The notes beneath the pieces were generated by a model. The model saw nothing but the letters and a program-made list of their open reading frames with translations, did no database searches and was not told the DNA's origin. Below, one piece after another: positions 10,725 to 21,645 of a stretch of DNA of 64,000 bases. Source of the DNA: Alphaproteobacteria bacterium. Lineage in GTDB: Bacteria > Pseudomonadota > Alphaproteobacteria > GCA-2731375. The stretch covers positions 352,001 to 416,000 of the forward strand of contig CBDDBZ010000039.1 in NCBI GenBank assembly GCA_965225945.1, read 5' to 3'. The first letter of the stretch is position 1. Every line of letters begins with the position of its first letter. Position numbers and translations under genes: made by a program.

Positions 10725-11402
10725 ATGCGGGCGACGAAAAGGGTTCGGAGATCGGAGCCGATGACGGCGGGATCGAACGAACGGGCGAGCGTAAAGCCGA
10801 GGCCAGCGGAGCCGGTGGTCGATCTGGAGGAACGGAACTGGCTGGCGCGCCACCGCCGGGGCGAGGCCGAGGCGTTTCCCGCCCTGCTCGCCGCCTATCG
10901 CCGCCCGGTTTACGCCTATCTCGTCCGCGCCGGTGTCGGCGAGGCGGATCGCGACGACCTCTTCCAAGAGATCTTCCTCCGCATCCACCGCGCCGCCGGC
11001 GAGTATCAGCCGAGCCGGCCACTCGCCCCCTGGCTCTTCACCATCGCCGCCAACACCGTCCGCAATCACTTCCGTGATTCCACCGGCGCCGAGGAGGTGT
11101 CGATCGAGGGGCAAGACAGTGCGCTGGCCGATCCAGGCCCGGATCCGGAGCGGGCGGCGGCGGCGCGCCTGACGCTCGACTGGCTGGAAGCCGCGATCCA
11201 GGCCCTGCCGGCGATCCGGCGCCACGTCCTGCTGCTGATTTGCGTCGTCGGTCTGAGCCAGGCCGAGGTCGCGGCGGCATTGGAGCTGCCGGTCAACAGC
11301 GTGAAGACGCATCTCCGTCGCGCCCGCCTGCGGCTCGCCCGCGAGTTGGCTGAGCGCGAGAGGGAGAGCGAGCCCATGGGAGAGGGCGATGAGCATCTGT
11401 GA
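10725..11402 (+). CDS. ECF RNA polymerase sigma factor
   Basis: DDLFQEIFLRI and WLFTIAANTVRNHFR (region 2); LSQAEVAAALELPVNSVKTHLRRAR (region 4); start could be 10725 or 10761. Confidence 0.92.
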   Translation: MRATKRVRRSEPMTAGSNERASVKPRPAEPVVDLEERNWLARHRRGEAEAFPALLAAYRRPVYAYLVRAGVGEADRDDLFQEIFLRIHRAAGEYQPSRPLAPWLFTIAANTVRNHFRDSTGAEEVSIEGQDSALADPGPDPERAAAARLTLDWLEAAIQALPAIRRHVLLLICVVGLSQAEVAAALELPVNSVKTHLRRARLRLARELAERERESEPMGEGDEHL

Positions 11403-14202
11403 CGAGATCCAGGAGCTGATGGCCGAGGCCGGCGTCGAGGCGGCCCTGGCCGACGCCGACATGGCCCGCCATCTGGCGGATTGCGCCGAGTGCCAAGCGG
11501 TCCGGGCGGCGCTCGACGAGCTGGACGATTCGCTCGCCGCGCCGGCCGGCTTCGACGCGCCCGATCAGCTGGTGGAGGCGACCCTGGCGCGGGTCCGCGA
11601 CGAGGCCTCGGGTGGCGGCGGCGAATGGCGATCCGGGCCCGCCCGGCGCCGGCTCGCGGGCGCGCTCGCCGCCTCGATTGTCCTGGTCGCCTGCTTCACC
11701 CTGAGTCGGTCCGTGTTGGACCTCGTGGGGAATCAATGGAGCTACCAAATGAGCTCTCCGGCGGATTTCTTCAGCGCGGTCGAGGGCAAACTGGCCGCCA
11801 ACTACGCCGGTGGGCCCATGGCGGAGCCGGAAGGGGAGATCGCGTCATCGAACGCCGCCCCCGCGCCGGCCAAGCAACAAGCCCAGGGCGAAGCGAGGCT
11901 CTATTCGCGTGCGGCGCCGGTCGAGGCGGGGACCGATTCGGACGACGTGACGCACCGGCGCGAGGCCGGGCGGCAAACGCGCAATCTCGCGAAGTCCGTC
12001 GAGGAGGCGGCGCCGACCACGCGCGGCAACCGGCCAGCCGGCTCGCTCCGGTGGGACGACGCGCCGGCCCGCGACCGCGAGGCGGAGCTATTGGCCCGAC
12101 TGCGCCGGCCACCCGCGTCGGCACCACCCGAAAGCAATCTCGCCGATCACGCGGACGCCCGGCTCGGGAAAGCCAAGAACAAGGCGTCGGAGAACGACCG
12201 TCGGCGCGTGGAGTTGAAGCGCGGCCTGTCGCGAGGCCAGTTCTCCGCCTCGGAGCGAAATTTCGCCGCCGCCGGTGGCACTCTCGGGCGGCATGGGAAT
12301 ATTGCCAACTCGCTCGACAAACTGGCCGAGGACGGTCGGGGCGATCGCGTGGCGAGCAAGTCGGAAGGCGTCGAGACGGAGGTGCCGGCGGACGATAACG
12401 AGCTTCGCGGCCCGGCCTTCCGCGACGAAGAAGCCCAATCGAGCGACCGCGACCGGCGCGACCGCTTTGCTTACAAGGCGGACGGCAAGACGCGATCTTC
12501 GGAGGCCTCCTCCGTCGCGACACCCAAGCCGGCGGCGAAGATCGTCGGCGGCAAGCGGTCCCGGCCGTCGGCGCTCCCCGCGCCCGTCGGCGCCGATCCG
12601 GCGCGGGATGCCGCCAGGTCCTTCCTCGCCGATATTTCCCGCCTCGACGATCTCGCCTTCCAGCCGGCGAGCGGCTATTGGCGCAACACCTACGTGCCGG
12701 GCGATCCGGACATGCGGCTCTTGGGCGCCAGGTTGGCGACGTGGGATCGCCGCGCGCTCGGCGCCCGGGCGGGGCTGGAACGCGGCGTCAGGCCGATTCT
12801 CCAGCTCCTCGATCCGCCCCGCGGCGCGGCCTTGGCGCTCGAATTGCACGCCGACACCGGCGCGGTCACGGGGCCGACGCGACTTCGCCTCCAGGTCGGC
12901 CTGCAAGGGGCGGCGCGCCAGGGCGGCCATCGCCCGGCGATGAGCGTGGCCCTGGTGCTCGATCTCCGCCAACACCTCGATGCCGGCTCGGCCCGGCAAT
13001 TCCGGGCGCTGGCGAGCGCGCTGGAGCGGGCACGCCAGCCCGGCGACCGGTTCAGCCTCGTCGTCGCCGGGCCAGCGGGTGGGGTCGCGGTGCGGCCTGA
13101 GTCCTTCCGCCATGGTCCGCTCAAGGTGGCGCTGGCGGGTCTGCTGGGCGAGCCGCGAAGCGAGGAAGCGGGCGCCATCAGCTTGATCGAGGCGGTGAAG
13201 CTGGCCGGCGAGGCCTTGCGCGCCGAGGCCACGGGCGCGGCGGTGCTGGGCGCCAATGTCGTCCTGCTGGCGACGGCGCGCCCACTCGGCGTCGAATGGG
13301 AGCCCCTGGAGACCCTCGCCCACGCCAATGCCCTGGGTGGCATCCTCACCAGCGTGGTCGCCGTCGGCGACGCGGTCGCGCTAGCCCGGCTCGACCGCCT
13401 GGTCGCGGCGGGGCAAGGCAACCGGCGGCTGCTGCGCCGCGCGGAGGAGGCGGAAGCCCTGATCGCTCGCGAGCTCCATGCCGCGAGCCGGGTGGTGGCC
13501 CGCGCGGTGCGCCTCCGGATCCGCCTGGCGCCCGGGGTCGAGCTGATCGACGTGCTGGGCTCGCGCCGGCTGGACGAGGTCCGTGCCACCCGGGTCCGCG
13601 AGGCGGAGAGCTCGATCGACCGGCGACTCGCCCGCGACCTCGGTATCGCTGCCGACCGGGGCGAGGACGAGGAGGGGATCCAGATCGTGATCCCCAACTT
13701 CCAGGCCGGCGATGCCCACGTGATCCTGCTCGACGTCGTGGTCCCGGGCCCCGGCCAGGTCGCCGACGTCACCGCGCGCTACAAGGACGTGGTCCAGCTC
13801 CGGAACGGTGTCGCCCACGCCCATCTGAGCTTGCCGAAGGGCGAGCGGGCGATGGGTGTGGCCGAGCGCAACGTGCTCAAGAACCTGCTGGCCTTCGAGA
13901 TGGCGCGCCGCGCGCGCGGGCTGAGCGGCCTTTTGGCGGCGGAACGCGACGGCGAGGCGGCGGCGCTGGCGGGGGAATTCGCCGGCCTTCTCGCCGGCCT
14001 CCGCCGCGAGGTGCCGGGCTGGGCCGACGATCCCGAGCTCGCCGCCGACGGCGCGTTTCTCGCCGAGTATCGGGCGCTCATCGCCTCGCGCGCGCTGGCC
14101 GATCCGACGACCCGGCGCATGATCGCCGATTCCCTACGCTACGCGGCCTTCGCCAAGCTGCATGCCAAATTCGCCCAGCGCGACGCCCGAGGAGACTCCC
14201 CG
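11389..14202 (+). CDS. Zinc anti-sigma (HxxxCxxC) + TM + degenerate vWA-domain protein; no stop, reads in frame into the next gene
   Basis: N-terminal C...HLADCAEC, TM LAGALAASIVLVACFTLS, RPAMSVALVLD vWA start, GQGNRR, C-terminal beta-rich and helical parts. Confidence 0.7.
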
Positions 14203-17200
14203 ATGAAACGCCTGCTCACCCTGCTGTCGTTGTTGCTGGCCCCCTTCGCCGCCGTCGCCGAGACGGCCGTGGCGGGAGCCGACGGCCAGGTCACCCTGCC
14301 GCTCACCGCCTACACCGGCATGCTCGAGAGCCTCGCCGCCAAGCCGGGGCGGGCGCCCGCGAGCTACGCCATCGGCCAGTCCGAGGTCGTGGTGCGGGTC
14401 CTGAAGCGCGACGGCGGCTACACCGCCAGCGTCGCGGTGACGCTCCGGATCGAGACCTTCGAGGACCAATGGACCCTGGTGCCGATCCTGCCCGCCGGCA
14501 CGGTGCTGCGGCGCGCGAGCGCGAACGGCCGGCCGGCGCAGCTCGTGCGCGGGCCCGACGGTCTGGCCTGGAGCACGGAGACGGCCGGCGTCACCACCTT
14601 CGCGCTCGACTACGGCGTCGACGCCCGGCGCTTCGATGCCGGCTTCGTCCTGCCGCTGCCGGTGCCCAGGGCCGCCTCGACGACGCTGACCTTGGAGTTT
14701 CCGGCGCGCGGCGTCGATCTCGCGGTGGTGCCCGCCCTCGACCTGCAAAGCGTGGCGGCCGAGCAGGGGACTCGCTACAGTGCCGCCATCCCCGCCACCT
14801 CCTCGATCCTGGTCTCCTGGCGCGGACCGGGCGAGCGGGCGCCCACCGTCGGCCGGGCGCATTACCAGGGCACGCTCGAGGGCGACGCGGTGGCGTGGAC
14901 GGCGAGCTTCGAGGTCGAGCTGTTCTCGGCGGAAGCCGTGACGCTACCGTTGATGCCAACGGGCGTCACCCTGAAGAGCATGACGGTCGACGGCGCGCCG
15001 GCGACGGTGCTGGAGCAGGCGGGCCGCTTCGCGACCCTGGTTCGGGGCCGGGGCATGCACGAGGTGGTGGTCGCCTTCGAGGTTCCTGTGGTGGACGACG
15101 ACGGCCCGCCCCGGGTCCACCTGCCGATCCCGCGGGTCCCGGTCTCGCGCTTCGAATTGAGGCTCCCCGGCAAGAAGACCGTCAAGGTCGGCCCTGGCGC
15201 CAACGTCACGGTCCGCGAGGCGGGCGAGGCGACCCTCGCCAGCGCACACATCGCGATGAGCGATGGGGTGGTCTTCACCTGGACCGACGCCATCCCAGAG
15301 GACCTGCGTCCCCCCTTCCGCGCCAACGCCAGCCTCTATCACGCCGTCCATGCCGAGGAGGGGGTGCTGCACGGCCGCGCCGCCGTGGTCTACGAAATCA
15401 CCCATGGCGAGAGCGGCCAATTCGTCCTCTCGGTGCCCGCCGAGGCCCAGATCAACCGGATCACGGCACCTGGAGGCGGGCTATCGGAGTGGGCCGTGGG
15501 CGAGATCGACGAGAGCGGGGACAAGACCATCAACGTCTTCCTCGAGGCTCCGGTGAAGGGCGAATTCGTGCTCGACATCGCCTACGAGCGCCTGCTCGGC
15601 GCCGCCGGCGGCACCGAGGAGGGCTTCGGCGTGCCCCTGCTCAGCGCCCAGGGCGTGCATTGCCAGCGTGGCATGGTGGCCCTGCTGTCGGGCCGCGAGC
15701 TGGCCCTGAAGCCGCTCGAGGAAGCCGGCGTGGCCCGTGTCGGCGAGAACCAGTTGCCTGCCTTCTTCCGCAACCAGATCTCGATGACCGTCGCCCATAC
15801 TTATAAATACATCGAGCGCCGCCCGACGTCTCGATGACCGTCGCCCATACTTATAAATACATCGAGCGCCGCCCGACGCTCACCGTCGCCACCGTCACGC
15901 CGGAGCGCCGGCAGGGCAAGTTCGATGCCCAGGTCGATACCCTCATCAGCCTCGGCGACGTGGCGATGAAGGGCTCCGCCACGATCGAGATCGACGTCAA
16001 GTCGGGCGCCATCATGGCACTCGATCTCGGGCTCCCCGGCGACGTCAACATCCTCGGCGTCTCGGGCCCCTCGCTCCGCTCGCAGCGGATCGAGGAGGTC
16101 GAGTCGGCGCAGGTGATCCGGCTGGCCTTCACGCGCGAGATGGAGGGGCGGTTCCGCATCGAGGTCAACTACGAGCGGATCATGGACGCCTCGGGCGCCG
16201 GGCCGCTGGTGCCGACCGTCTCGGTCGCCGCGGCGGAAGTCGAGCACGGCCGGATCGCGGTGGAGGCGCTGGCGGCGGTGGAGGTCCGGGCCGGGCGCGC
16301 CCTCGGGCTCTCCAGCCTCGACATCAACGAGCTGCCGCGCCACCTGGTGCTCAAGACCACCAACCCGATCCTGTTGGCCTATCGCTACATCCAGACCAAG
16401 TCGCCGTTCGAGTTGGTGCTGGCGATCACCCGGCACAAGGAGATCGAGGTCCAGGTGGCGGCGATCGAGTCGGCCCGCTACGCCACCCTCTTCACCCGCG
16501 ACGGCTTGGCGGTGACGACGGCGCGATTGAGGGTGCGCAACAGCCGCCGGCAGTTCCTCCGCCTCTCGCTGCCACCGGGCTCCAAGGTCTGGTCGGTCTT
16601 CGTCGACGGCAAACCGGAGAAGCCGGCCTTCGCCGGCGATTCCGCCGACGAGGACGGGGCCGAGGTCCTGGTCAAGCTGATCACCTCCGCCCAGGGCTTC
16701 CCGGTGGATCTGGTCTACGCGACGCCGGTGGAGCGGATCGGCCTTCTCGGCTCCCTCTCCAGCCGGCTGCCGCGCCCGGACATGGTGGTGACCCACAGCC
16801 GTTGGGACGTCTATCTACCCAAGGGGCCGCGTTATCAGAGCCCCGACAGCAGTCTCGACGTGCTGCGCGAGGGCGTGCCGGCCAACCCGCGTCGGGCCGC
16901 GGCCTTCGCGCCCGCGAAGGGTGCGGCGCGGGCGCGGATGGGCCAGCCGCTCAGGATCAGCGTGCCGACCCGAGGCCTGCTGTTCGCCTTCGAGAAGCTC
17001 TACGCCGATCAGTCGCCGGAAGCGGCGGCGTTCACCATCCGCTACGCCTCGGAGGATGCGGACTGGGTCGCGATTCTGCTCTCGATGATCGGCGCGGCTC
17101 TGGTCTGGTTGGCAATCGTCTCGATCGGCGGCGGTCGGCCGCGGCTCTCGCGCGAGCAGATCGTGGGGGTGATCGCCGCCGGCGTCGGCCTGCTGGTATT

Positions 17201-17351
17201 GGCGATCGGCTATCTCGGCACGACGCCGATTCCGGCCTCGGCGGTGGCGCTCGCGGTCGCCCTGTGGCTCGGCGTCGTCTGGTCGGCGGCACGAGCCAAG
17301 GCCTGGCGGGCCCGCCGGCTGGCCGCCCGCGACCTGGTGGAAACGGTTTAA
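14203..17351 (+). CDS. Large exported modular protein with C-terminal TM helices, split at 15837/15834 by a 50-bp duplication
   Basis: GGAGA RBS at 14191, ATG 14203, signal peptide MKRLLTLLSLLLAPFAAVA; continues in ORF 15834..17351, which ends in about three TM helices. Confidence 0.7.
15779..15878 (+). repeat. Exact 50-bp tandem duplication
   Basis: TCTCGATGACCGTCGCCCATACTTATAAATACATCGAGCGCCGCCCGACG at 15779-15828 and 15829-15878. Confidence 0.97.
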
Positions 17352-17377
17352 TAGACTCGAGACGGGGGGACCATCGG

Positions 17378-18088
17378 GTGCGTGGATTGGTCATCGTCCT
17401 CGGCCTTCTCGCGGCCTGGCCGGCGGCGGCGCAGGATTTTCAGAACGGCGTGCTCGCCTAAGAGCGGGAGGATTACGAGACCGCCTACCGGGAATGGCTG
17501 CCGCTGGCGAGGCAGGGCCACAAGGTCGCGCAGAGCAACATCGGCTATTTCTACCGCCGGGGTTTCCACGTGAAGCGCGACTATGACGAGGCCCTGCGCT
17601 GGTTCCACCTCTCCCCCGCCCAGGGCTGGTACCGGGCCGAGAACAACATCGGCTCGATGTACGACCTGGGCCTCGGCGTCGAGCAGGACCTGGAGACGGC
17701 AATTCTCTGGTATCGCAAGGCGGTGGCGCAGGACTACGACAAGGCGCTCTTCAACCTGGCCGAGATGTACCGCGAGGGCCGGGGCGTGAGGCGCGACTTC
17801 GAGCAAGCGGCCAAGTATCTCCGGAGCGCGGCCGAGCAGGGCCTGGCGGAGGCGCAGTTCAACCTCGCCGTGCTGCATGCCAACGGCCAGGGCGTCGAGC
17901 GTGACATGGTCGAGGCCTATGTCTGGTTCCGCCTCGCCGCCGAGCAGAAGTTCGGTGACGCCGACTGGAACCGCCACCGGGCGGGCGAGCGCCTGTCCGA
18001 GGCCGAGGTCGCCGAGGCCGAGGCGCGCGCCGAGGCGCTGGGCGGCCGAATCGAGGCGGAATACGGGCCGGCCGCTAGCCGGCGCTGA
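17378..18088 (+). pseudogene. Sel1-repeat exported protein with premature TAA
   Basis: GTG 17378, signal peptide, FQNGVLA*EREDYETAYREWLPLARQGHKVAQSNIG; TAA at 17459-17461 in frame with the Sel1 ORF 17570..18088. Confidence 0.85.
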
Positions 18089-18743
18089 AGGGCGCGCCGT
18101 CGAAACGCTCGCGGGTGGCGATCTGGGCGACCGAATTGCGCCTGAGCCGGGTCAACTGGCGGCGCGGGCGGCCGAGCGGTACCACGGCGGCGAGGGCATA
18201 CTCGGCGGGAAAGCCCAGCAGCTCCCGCACCGCCGGTTCCTCGGCGGCGGCGAGCGTGGTGATGGTGCCGCCGAAGCCCGCCTGGCGGGCGGCCAGCAGC
18301 ACGTTCCAGACGAAGGGATAGATCGAGGCGCCGCTGATCACGCCGATGCGCTCCAGGTTCTGGTCCATCGAGGCGACGAGCTTCAGGTCGACCACGAAGA
18401 CCAGCACGACGGAGGCGGCCCGGAACGAATCCGTCAAGCGCTCGGGCGCCGGCGTGGCCGCGATCTCCGCCGCCGGCAATTTGGTAGCCACGATGGTGTT
18501 CCAGGGGCTCTCGCCCGCCATGATCTGGGCGGCATAGCGCTTGGCCGCCGGCTCCGCCAGCTTGGCCAGCGCCTCGCGCGTCGCGCCGTCGCGCACGACG
18601 ACGACCCGGTTGCCCTGGCGGTTGCCGCCGCTCGGCGCGAAGCGCGCGAGGTCCAGAATGTCGTAGAGGACCGAGTCGGGCAGTTCCTCCTCGGTGAATT
18701 CCCGGGCCGAGAAGGTCGTCCGCATCACCTCGTCGAGTTCCAT
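18075..18743 (-). CDS. Nitroreductase family protein
   Basis: ARFAPSGGNRQ, GASIYPFVWNVLLAAR. Confidence 0.88.
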   Translation of the reverse strand: MELDEVMRTTFSAREFTEEELPDSVLYDILDLARFAPSGGNRQGNRVVVVRDGATREALAKLAEPAAKRYAAQIMAGESPWNTIVATKLPAAEIAATPAPERLTDSFRAASVVLVFVVDLKLVASMDQNLERIGVISGASIYPFVWNVLLAARQAGFGGTITTLAAAEEPAVRELLGFPAEYALAAVVPLGRPRRQLTRLRRNSVAQIATRERFDGAPFSAG

Positions 18744-18816
18744 GTCCTTCCTCCCTGACCCGGCGCCCCCGGGCCTCGTGTCATAACATCTCCCGCGACG
18801 GCAACAACGCGGGATC

Positions 18817-20205
18817 TCAGAGCGGCGAGCCGCCGCGCGCCTTCACCAGGTCGAGGAACTGGCGCCGCGTCCGGGGGCCGAAGGTCAGGAAATGCGGGTC
18901 CGGGCGTTCTCGGTATTTGGCGCGGCGCTCTTCGATCGCATCGCGCCGGGCGCGGCGCAACACCTCGTCGACCTCGATCCCGTGCAGCCGCGCGGCGTTG
19001 AGGCCCAGGATCTTGGCCCTGAGCATGGGCGTCATCTCGGCGTAGCCGTATTGCTCGCGCAGCCGCTCGGAGATCTGGAAGGCGCGGAAGGCCTGGATCT
19101 GGTCCTGGGGCGAGCCGTACCAGATGCAATCGGAGCCGTAGAGCACATTGTCCTCGCCGATGTGGGCGACCAGCTTGCCGATGAGGTGCGCCGCCGAAGT
19201 TGGATCGCGCATCGAATAGCGCCAGGTGCTGCCGAGCTCGGCATAGACGTTGGCATTCCGCCCGATGCCGCTCGCCTCGAGCGAGCGGATCAACTCGTCG
19301 ACCCCTTCGCCGCGCGCCGGATCGTAGACGCCTTCCGCCTGGCCGGCGATGAAGCCGGAGTGATAAACCAAAAAGTCGACGTCGGGGAACAGGGCCGCGA
19401 CGGGGCCGATATCGCTCGCCAAGCTGTGCTCGTAGGAGCGGCGGCCGAACGGCAAGCCCTTGTGGACGCAGATCTTCTTGATGCCGAGCGCGCGCGCCTT
19501 CTCGATCAGGCGGAGCCCGGTATCGTCGTCGAGGAAGAAGCCGCGTCCCTCTGGGCCCCATTGCGTGTAGCACTTCCAGGCGACGACGCCCCAGCGTTCG
19601 GCCAGCTCGTCCATGCCCTCGATGTCGCCTGGCTGGTTGGGGTTGGCCCGGCCGTGCAGCAGCAGGCGGTGGGTGCCTTGCATATTTTCCACGATTCGAC
19701 GGGTCTCGTCGGCCTCCCGGATGCTCAGCAGCTCCTTCTCGCGGCGCGAGGGGATGAAGGAGAGCACCATCATGTCGGTGTCGGAATCGAGGAAGATATC
19801 CTTGATGAAGCGATTCGCCCCGCCGAGCCCGACGCGCCCGAGCCCGTGCGCGCCGACGAAGTGGCCCTGCACGTCGAAGACGAACTCCTTGCCGCCGAGA
19901 CGATCGATTGCCAGCTCCTCGTCGAGCGCGGCGTGGCGCTCCAGCTCGTAGTAGCCGCCGGTCCGCCCCGCGGCGGCTTGCGCGGCGTTGAAGGCCAGCA
20001 GCGTCGAGGCCGCGCCCGTGGCCGAGATCATGAAGCGGCGGCGATCCAGACCGAGCCGCCGTGCATTCTCGCTCGCCCAGGCTTGCGCCAGCCGGTTTGC
20101 GGCTCGGCCCGAGGCATCGAGCGGGACCGGCTGAAATTCACCGTTCGAGGTGGCATCGAGCTTGATCGGCAACCGCGCGCCGTCGGGATCGCTGTCGCTG
20201 ATCAT
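18817..20205 (-). CDS. Amidohydrolase-2 family metal-dependent hydrolase
   Basis: DVQGH, WKCYT, CVHKG, VYHSG, YAELGSTW, YGSDCIWYGSPQ. Confidence 0.85.
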   Translation of the reverse strand: MISDSDPDGARLPIKLDATSNGEFQPVPLDASGRAANRLAQAWASENARRLGLDRRRFMISATGAASTLLAFNAAQAAAGRTGGYYELERHAALDEELAIDRLGGKEFVFDVQGHFVGAHGLGRVGLGGANRFIKDIFLDSDTDMMVLSFIPSRREKELLSIREADETRRIVENMQGTHRLLLHGRANPNQPGDIEGMDELAERWGVVAWKCYTQWGPEGRGFFLDDDTGLRLIEKARALGIKKICVHKGLPFGRRSYEHSLASDIGPVAALFPDVDFLVYHSGFIAGQAEGVYDPARGEGVDELIRSLEASGIGRNANVYAELGSTWRYSMRDPTSAAHLIGKLVAHIGEDNVLYGSDCIWYGSPQDQIQAFRAFQISERLREQYGYAEMTPMLRAKILGLNAARLHGIEVDEVLRRARRDAIEERRAKYRERPDPHFLTFGPRTRRQFLDLVKARGGSPL

Positions 20206-20265
20206 CGCCGCCGCTCCGCCCAGAGCGCCCGAGAGCACTCTACACGGTTTTACCCCACCCGGACT

Positions 20266-21441
20266 TCAACCTTTCGTTTCGTCGATCAGCGCGACGAAGC
20301 GTTCGAAGAGATAGTGGCTGTCCTGGGGTCCAGGCGAGGCCTCGGGATGGTGTTGCACCGAAAAAACCGGCTTGCCCACCACCCGCAGCCCTTCCAGGCT
20401 GCCGTCGAAGAGGCTGACGTGGGTCTCGACCACGCCCGCCGGCAGCGTCCCCGCCTTGACCACGAAGCCGTGGTTCTGGCTGGTGATCTCGACCTTGCCG
20501 GTCTCCAGGTCCTTGACCGGCTGGTTGGCGCCCCGGTGGCCCAAATGCATCTTCTCCGTCTTCGCCCCCAACGCCAACGCCAGGATCTGATGGCCCAGGC
20601 AGATGGCGAAGATCGGGATGCCCGTCTTCAACAAGGCCTGGAGGGTCGGCACGGCATATTTGCCCGTCGCCGCCGGATCGCCCGGGCCGTTGGCGAGGAA
20701 GATGCCGTCGGGCTGGTGGCTCAAGATCTCCTCCGCGCTCGCCGTCGCCGGCACCACCGTCACCCGGCAGCCGGCCGCCGCCAGGCAGCGGAGGATGTTG
20801 CGCTTGACGCCAAAATCGACCGCCACCACGTGACGGCTCGGTGCCGTCTGTCGGCCGTGGCCGGCGCCGAGCGCCCAGAGGGTCTCGTCCCACGAATAGC
20901 TCTGCCGGCAGGTCACCTCAGCTGCCAGGTCCATGCCCTCGAGCCCGGGGAAGGCCGCCGCCTCGGCCCGCAAGGCCTCGAGCTCGAAGCCGCCGTCGGC
21001 CGCATGGGCGAGGCTGCCGCCCGGCGCGCCGGAATCGCGGATATGGCGGGTCAGCCGTCGGGTGTCGATCCCGGCGAGGCCGACCAGGCCGTGGCGCCGG
21101 AGCCAGGCGTCCAGCCCGCCCTCGGCGCGGAAGTTGGAGGCCCTCGTGATGTCCTCGCGCAAAACCAGGCCGCGCGCCGCCGGCGTCGTCGCCTCCACGT
21201 CTTCCTCGTTCGCGCCGACGTTGCCGACGTGGGGGAAGGTGAAGGTGATGATCTGGCCGGCGTAGCTCGGATCGGTCAGGATTTCCTGATAGCCGGTGAT
21301 CGAGGTGTTGAAGCAGACCTCGCCGACGGCGCGCCCTTCAGCGCCGACGCCCCGGCCCCAGAACAAGGTGCCGTCCGACAACGCCAGGACCGCCGTCGCG
21401 CCAACCGGTGGCCGGGCCTCGTCGGGCGTGCGTGGGCGCAT
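20266..21441 (-). CDS. carA: Carbamoyl-phosphate synthase small subunit
   Basis: GEVCFNTSITGYQEILTDPSY, NGPGDP, ICLGHQ, SQNHGF, QHHPEASPGP. Confidence 0.97.
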   Translation of the reverse strand: MRPRTPDEARPPVGATAVLALSDGTLFWGRGVGAEGRAVGEVCFNTSITGYQEILTDPSYAGQIITFTFPHVGNVGANEEDVEATTPAARGLVLREDITRASNFRAEGGLDAWLRRHGLVGLAGIDTRRLTRHIRDSGAPGGSLAHAADGGFELEALRAEAAAFPGLEGMDLAAEVTCRQSYSWDETLWALGAGHGRQTAPSRHVVAVDFGVKRNILRCLAAAGCRVTVVPATASAEEILSHQPDGIFLANGPGDPAATGKYAVPTLQALLKTGIPIFAICLGHQILALALGAKTEKMHLGHRGANQPVKDLETGKVEITSQNHGFVVKAGTLPAGVVETHVSLFDGSLEGLRVVGKPVFSVQHHPEASPGPQDSHYLFERFVALIDETKG

Positions 21442-21645
21442 GGGATCTCTCTGCCCAATTCGGCGTCGGGTCGGCGCGGATTGCGGCTCGGCGCGGAAGA
21501 TACGCCGGCCCCGAGGTGCCGTCAAGATGGCGTAATTTCGAAAAAACCCAATGATATCAATTAATTAATTAGCTATCTGCGGTTTGCCTCGTGCCCGGCG
21601 ATCGGCTATCGTTCGCGGGTGGCAAGTCGAGGGGGGACGCTCGCC

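Noticed and set aside
21530-21580. CtrA site or origin in the AT-rich AATTAATTAATT stretch
   Set aside because: Does not fit TTAA-N7-TTAA and has no DnaA boxes; best explained as the carA/yqeY divergent promoter region
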